Source: the human T2T-CHM13v2.0 reference genome, Homo sapiens
Length of the DNA stretch: 64,000 bases
Direction: 5' to 3' (one strand)
Assembly (NCBI RefSeq): GCF_009914755.1
Contig: NC_060926.1
Notes under the pieces: model-generated
Told to the model about the DNA's origin: nothing
The model's database searches: none
The model's input: the letters and a program-made list of their open reading frames with translations, nothing else
Translations under genes and position numbers: made by a program
In this document: positions 58,036-64,000 of the stretch, piece by piece
How positions within the stretch are numbered: the first letter of the stretch is position 1
Layout of the letters: every line of letters starts with the position of its first letter

Positions 58036-58486
58036 GGATACTTCTTATTTTGTGTTTTCTTTTTTAGGGTACCTGTTTGCTCCTAAAGGACTATCAATTG
58101 TGAAAGTAGAAATGTGGGAAAGAAGGGAAGGCTATATCAAATTCATAGCCACTCAGCTTGTTGATGGCAATCTGAGACCTAAGGGTCCCAGAAGTTGTGA
58201 ACCGGTCACTCCAGTGACTGAATTCCATCTGGGAAGAGGTTTGAAGGCAAAGCACAATCTACCTCCTAAACTGGATCAATTGACACTGGGTTATTTTAAG
58301 CCAGGAGTTTTGGACTATGGCCTGGATTGAATTACAGTTGTCATGGCAACCCTGATTCAGAGGTGGGCTCAAAAGACAGCTTCAGGATAGACAATTTGTG
58401 AACACTAGGAAAGTGGATTACCAACATTGTTTTATGATGGGATTATATTACAGTATTACTGGGGACAGCTTGGAATGAGTTAGACC

Positions 58487-58647
58487 ACTGGTTCTCCACC
58501 CTGGCTCAGTAAGAGAACAACCTGGGGAACTTTCAAAATGCCTGGGTTTCAACCATAGAGATCTTTATTGAGATAGGTGTGGGCCTCGGCATCTGTAGTT
58601 GTAAACAGTTACCATGGTAAATCTGATGTCCAGCCAAGGTTAAGAAT
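58487..58647. mobile_element. MER5A-like hAT-Charlie element
   Basis: TGGTTCTCCACCCTGGCT...ACCTGGGGAACTTT...CTGATGTCCAGCCAAGGTTAAGAA. Confidence 0.7.
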
Positions 58648-58655
58648 TAAGGAGC

Positions 58656-58936
58656 TGGCTCATGCCTGTAATTCCAGCATTTTGGGAGGCCGAGGTGGGC
58701 GGACTACCTGAGGTCAGGAGTTTGAGACCAGCCTGGCCAACATGGCAAAACCTCGTCTCTACTAAAAATACAAAAATTAGCCAGGCATGGTGGCACATTC
58801 CTGTAATCCCAGCTAGTCAGGAGGCTGAGGCGGGAGAATTGCTTGAACCTGGGAGGCGGAGGTTTCAGTGAGCCGAGATCGTGCCACTGCTCTCTAGCCT
58901 CGGCAACAGAGCGAGACTCTGTCTCAAAAAAAGAAA
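58656..58936 (+). mobile_element. AluSx-like SINE, slightly 5'-truncated
   Basis: Perfect 14-bp TSD AAGAATTAAGGAGC at 58642 and 58937. Confidence 0.96.
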
Positions 58937-58955
58937 AAGAATTAAGGAGCGAGGC

Positions 58956-59302
58956 CAGGTCAGTGGCAAGCTGTGGCTCACTGACCAAATCTGGCCTGCT
59001 GCCTGTTTTTATATGGCCCGTGAACTAAGAATAATAGTTTCTACATGTTTAAATGGTTGAAAAAAAACACAAGAAGAATAAGATTTTGTGACACATGAAA
59101 ATTATTTTATGAAGTTTGCATTTCAGTGTTCATAATTCAGCTCTTGTTGGAACATGGCCATGCTCATTCATTTACATATTGCCTGTGGCTGCTTTCATGC
59201 TACAGCAGCAGAGCTGAGGAGCTGCAACAGAGACCATGTAGCTCGTGAAGCCTAAACTGTTTAATGTGTGGTCCTTTATAGAAAAGTGTTTGCTGACCCC
59301 TG
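58956..59302. mobile_element. MER58B-like hAT-Charlie element
   Basis: CAAATCTGGCCTGCTGCCTGTTTTT...CATGCTCATTCATTTACATATTG...AGAAAAGTGTTTGCTGACCCCTG. Confidence 0.85.
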
Positions 59303-59765
59303 AGTTAGGGTAAAGAGAGGCCACCCACAGGGCTGGCTTAGAATTTGTAAAAGGAGGCACAGGTTTGTTTAACTTGTGTGTTCATGTAGTATATTTTGCA
59401 TTTTAATTTCCTGTGGCTTTTTTTTTCCCTAGCAGAGGGAAACTGATGAATCTGTAGCAAGTTTGTTCAATAAAAGTTTCATTAAGGCAGATTGAAACGT
59501 ACTTTTCTCCTCCAAACACACAAGTACAAAGAACATAATGTCCATAGAACAAGATGACCCAGACTTTTTGTAATACTTCACTGAGAATCTGCTAAATCCC
59601 TCTAATATCTGTTGCCTATTTCATCCACACCCTTCAACTTTTTCTTTTTTGTCTTTTCTTCATCTTTCTTTTCCATATGTGAGATTAGTGATAGCTGGGT
59701 GTCTGAGAGCATTTCCCTTTGTTGATTCAGTGTTGGGAAAAAGGGAACAGTGTTTATAGGAATGA

Positions 59766-60086
<321 letters not shown>

Positions 60087-61008
60087 TAAAAAGCAAGATT
60101 AGGAAAATACCACTGATTGTCGTGTTGGTTTATTTCTTTTACCTTTTACTTTTCATCAAATTGGATTCAGAAAACAGAGCATTAAGGTTAGGAAAATTAA
60201 CAGAAAATAGAAAACAAGGGAGAAAGATAAATCCCTACCATTAGGGTGTATTTTGTGCAGAGAAGTAGCCACTCTTTGCTTCCAAACCAGCCCATCCAGT
60301 TCAGAACGAGAGATTGAAACCTTATGCTTGGGTGCACCACTTCAGGCCTTTGCTTATTTTCTTTCTACTTATACTTTTGGCAGCGGTAATGGTGGGGGTG
60401 AGAGAATGCAAGAGGTTGGTGTATATTTATTAGTTTTGTAAACATATGATACCATGAATTTTTTAAAAGATGAACATGTATCCATTGAACTGATAGGAGA
60501 AACTATTTGATTTCCAAATAGTTTATAGTAGTTAGTGAATGATAGTTTTCAATGACCTTCAGAGTCTCCTTGTGAAACTGCTTGGTATCTTGGGTATTAT
60601 GAGCAAGGCCACATTCCTGTTTACATATTCTCATTTTTATCCTTCCTTCCCCCATTGTAGTGAAGTGGTTACAATCCCAGGCATAGTTCTCCTACAGCCA
60701 CCTGGAAGGAAGCCAGTAATGTCATTACTGATGGCAGTGCGCCCAGACTATCTTAAAAAAGCATCATCTCTGCTACAAATTAAGTTTCAGGAAGGGTGAT
60801 GTTCACTTTTATATTAACAAGCATTTTGAAAAGGCTGAGGGCAGATATGTTAGAAGCCATCTTCTTATTCCTAAATTCATGCTTAAATGTAATTGTCCTT
60901 CAGTTTTCCCACTCCTGAGTTTGGAGTCTGCTGGATGATGGGTGGTTTGGGGAAGGAAAAGGTAGGTAATATTTGCATGTTTTGTACACATATTAGATTG
61001 TATATTAG

Positions 61009-61227
<219 letters not shown>

Positions 61228-62612
61228 TAAAAGCCCAGTGGCCTTCAGCATCTGATTCTATAAAGGAAGGGCAGGCCTACTGTTTCATGTGATTTTGAAG
61301 TGGTTGTTAAGGAAGAGATGACATCAGGAGGGATGGTTCCTTGGTTACCTGAGTGCTGCTTTGTGTTGAGCCAAACAAAGCTGGACTTGATCCACACCCT
61401 TGTGATTAAACAAAGGAAGAGGAACTCTAGAATAAACTCCTGTGCACAACTATTAGACATGGACATCCAAGGGTGGTTTTAAGATATAAAAATATTTATC
61501 TTTTAAAGTTTTTGGTGTTTTTAGTTTTGTAGGTTAACTATAGTTACTGAAAAAAAGATTGTTGTCATAATTATTTTATCTCTTCAGTTATTTTTATCAC
61601 ATCTGGTGACTTATAACTAAAGTTTTATAGCCACACCGTTGTTTTTCCATGAACTTTAAAAAATCTCTGCTCAAATGTCCTGCCCTGAGTTCTCTTTGCT
61701 TCAGTGTACTGTCTCCCATCAAGACACAACTGAAAAAGTTTCTAGAAGGCTCTTGTCATGTAGCTGAAGAGTGCTGAAAAAATGGATTACTATTCAAAGC
61801 TCATTGCCATGTTAGCTCATATAGTACTGACCACATCCTGAAAAGTCCTGATTGGCATCATGATTAAAATAAAGGTTCAGGACAAGATCGCTGGAGTTGA
61901 GTGACGGTCCAGGCTACTAAATCATTAATTGCACTAAACAGTCTGTGATTTGATTATATACGATTTCATTAGCTTTATAGATTGCCATTATCATTTTCCC
62001 TTACCCTAAGGAGACAAATGCGGTGTAATCAATGTGATTAATTGTCATGATGAAAGATTGAGAATTTCAGTCTTTTAAAATGAAAGATTCATAATTATAC
62101 ATCTAAACAGAATGTACAAAATGCCAGCTCATTCATCAAATTCATCATAGCAATGAAAAAAGAACTTATCCTAATTGAAAGGAGATATAATTTATATTCA
62201 CATTATAATTATAAAATTCAAGTATATATATATATACTTTAAGATGCTTTTCTCAGATTTGATGCAATGGTGTAGCTAGTAAAAGGAGATTCTGTTTACA
62301 AATATATAGAAAATGGAAACTTGGTCTTTAATAATAAGAAATTATTGTTTCTAATAATTAGAACTCTGGAAGGGTCTTGAGGGGAGGCACACATCTCAGT
62401 TTTGTGTCATTTAAGAATAACAGGAGGGTGGAGCCAAGATGGCCGAATAGGAACAGCTCCAGTCTACAGGTCTCAGCGTAAGTGACACAGAAGACTACTG
62501 ATTTCTGCATTTCCAACTGAGGTACCGGGTTCATCTCACTGGGGATTGTCAGGCAGTGGGTGCAGGATAGTGGGTGCAGCGCGGTGAGCGTGAGCTGAAG
62601 CAGGGCGAGGCA

Positions 62613-62876
62613 TCACCTCACCCAGGAAGCACAAGGGGTCAGGGAATTCCCTTTCCTAGCCGAGGAAAGGGGTGAGAGATGGCACCTGGAAAATTGGGTC
62701 ACTCCCACCCTAATACTGTGCTTTTCCAACAGTCTTAGCAAACGGCACACTAGGAGATTATATCCCGCACCTGGCTTGGAGGGTCCTACGCCCACGGAGC
62801 CTCCCTCATTGCTAGCACAGCAGTCTGAGATCAAACTGCAAGGCGGCAGTGAGGCTGGGGGAGGGGCACCCGCCAT
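62613..62876 (-). CDS. L1 ORF0-like open reading frame (87 aa); expression unproven
   Basis: MAGAPPPASLPPCSLISDCCASN...IRVGVTQFSRC matches the primate L1 antisense ORF0; context GCAATGG. Confidence 0.55.
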   Translation of the reverse strand: MAGAPPPASLPPCSLISDCCASNEGGSVGVGPSKPGAGYNLLVCRLLRLLEKHSIRVGVTQFSRCHLSPLSSARKGNSLTPCASWVR

Positions 62877-63451
62877 TGCTGAGGCTTGAGTAGGTAAACA
62901 AAGCAGCGGCTGGGAAGCTTGAACTGGGTGGAGCCCACCACAGCTCAAGGAGGCCTGCCTGCCTCAGTAAACTCCACCTCTGGGGGCAGAGCATAGCCAA
63001 ACAAAAGGCAGCAGAAACCTCTGCAGACTTAAATGTCCCTGTCTGACAGCTTTGAAGACAGTAGTTCTCCCAGGACGCAGCTTGAGATCTGAGAACAGAC
63101 AGACTGCCTCCTCAAGTGGGTCCCTGACCCGCAAGTAGCCTAACTGGGAGGCACCCCCCAGTAGGGGCAGACTGATAACTCATACGGCCGGGTACCCCTC
63201 TGAGACAAAACTTCCAGAGGAACGATCAGGCAGCAATATTTGCTGTTCACCAATATCCGCTGTTCTGCAGCTTTCACTGCTGATACCCAGGCAAACAGGG
63301 TCTGGAGTGGACCTCCAGCAAACTCCAACAGACCTGCAGCTGAGGCTCCTGACTGTTAGAAGGAAAACTAACAAACAGAAAGGACATCCACACCAAAACC
63401 CCATCTGTACGTCACCATCATCAAAGACCAAAGGTAGTTAAAACCACAAAG

Positions 63452-64000
63452 ATGGGGAAAAAACAGAGCAGAAAAACTGAAAATTCTAAAAATCAGAGCA
63501 CCTCTCCTCCTCCAAAGAAACACAGCTCCTCACTAGCAATGGAACAAAGCTGGACAGAGAATGACTTTGATGAGTTGAGAGAAGGCTTCAGACGATCAAA
63601 CTACTCCGAGCTAAAGGAAGAAGTTCAAACCCATGGCAAAGAAGTTAAAAACCTTGAAAAAAGATTAGATGAATGGCTAACTACAATAACCAATGCAGAG
63701 AAGTCCTTAAAGGACCTGATGGAGCTGAAAACCACGGCACGAGAAATAGGTGACAAATGCACAAGCCTTAGTAGCTGATTTGATCATCTGGAAGAAAGGG
63801 TATCAGTGATGGAAGATCAAATGAATGAAATGAAGTGAGAAAAGAAGTTTAGAGAAAAAAGAATAAAAAGAAACGAACAAAGCCTCCAAGAAATATGGGA
63901 GTATGTGAAAAGACCAAATCTACATCTGATTGGTGTACCTGAAAGTGACAGGGAGAATGGAACCAAGTTGGAAAACACTCTGCAGGATATTATCCAGGAG
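63452..64000 (+). pseudogene. Disabled L1 ORF1p
   Basis: ORF1p homology with premature TGA at 63776-63778 and again at 63836-63838, both at likely CGA>TGA CpG sites. Confidence 0.9.

Larger units (their letters stand above)
62424..64000 (+). mobile_element. 5' end of a 5'-complete L1PA (PA4-6-like): 5'-UTR and ORF1, continuing past the window
   Basis: GGTGGAGCCAAGATGGCCGAATAGGAACAGCTCC (YY1 site); ~1030-nt 5'-UTR; ORF1 start MGKKQSRKTENSKNQS at 63452. Confidence 0.97.

Noticed and set aside
58040-58370. Strong acceptor TTTTCTTTTTTAG| at 58067
   Set aside because: No good donor at typical exon distance and no MFSD6-like coding sequence; likely a pseudo-acceptor.

Overview
Primate (human-like) genomic DNA, mostly intronic, covering the 5' half of MFSD6 (major facilitator superfamily domain-containing 6) on the + strand. 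The window starts in the tail of the promoter CpG island. It contains a likely 122-nt 5'-UTR exon made from an antisense AluJ (6546-6667), the 1585-nt first coding exon (27278-28862; ATG at 27331) and a 98-nt coding exon (61077-61174) that continues the frame. The rest is intron filled with Alu, L1, L2, MIR, MaLR LTR and DNA-transposon remnants, one antisense SVA, and the 5' end of a sense-oriented L1PA. There are no prokaryotic features or CRISPR arrays, and nearly all short ORFs in the track are repeat-derived noise. The best leads are five. (1) An SVA and an L1 3' fragment share one target-site duplication, a possible 3' transduction. (2) The AUG-containing exon is bracketed by inverted Alus, and back-splicing it would give an open frame with a new hydrophobic C-terminus. 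(3) An out-of-frame uORF overlaps the start codon. (4) A furin-type REKR motif lies in the large extracellular loop. (5) An intact, extended L1 ORF0 points antisense into MFSD6. All five are hypotheses read from the sequence; repeat subfamily calls and boundaries are by eye.
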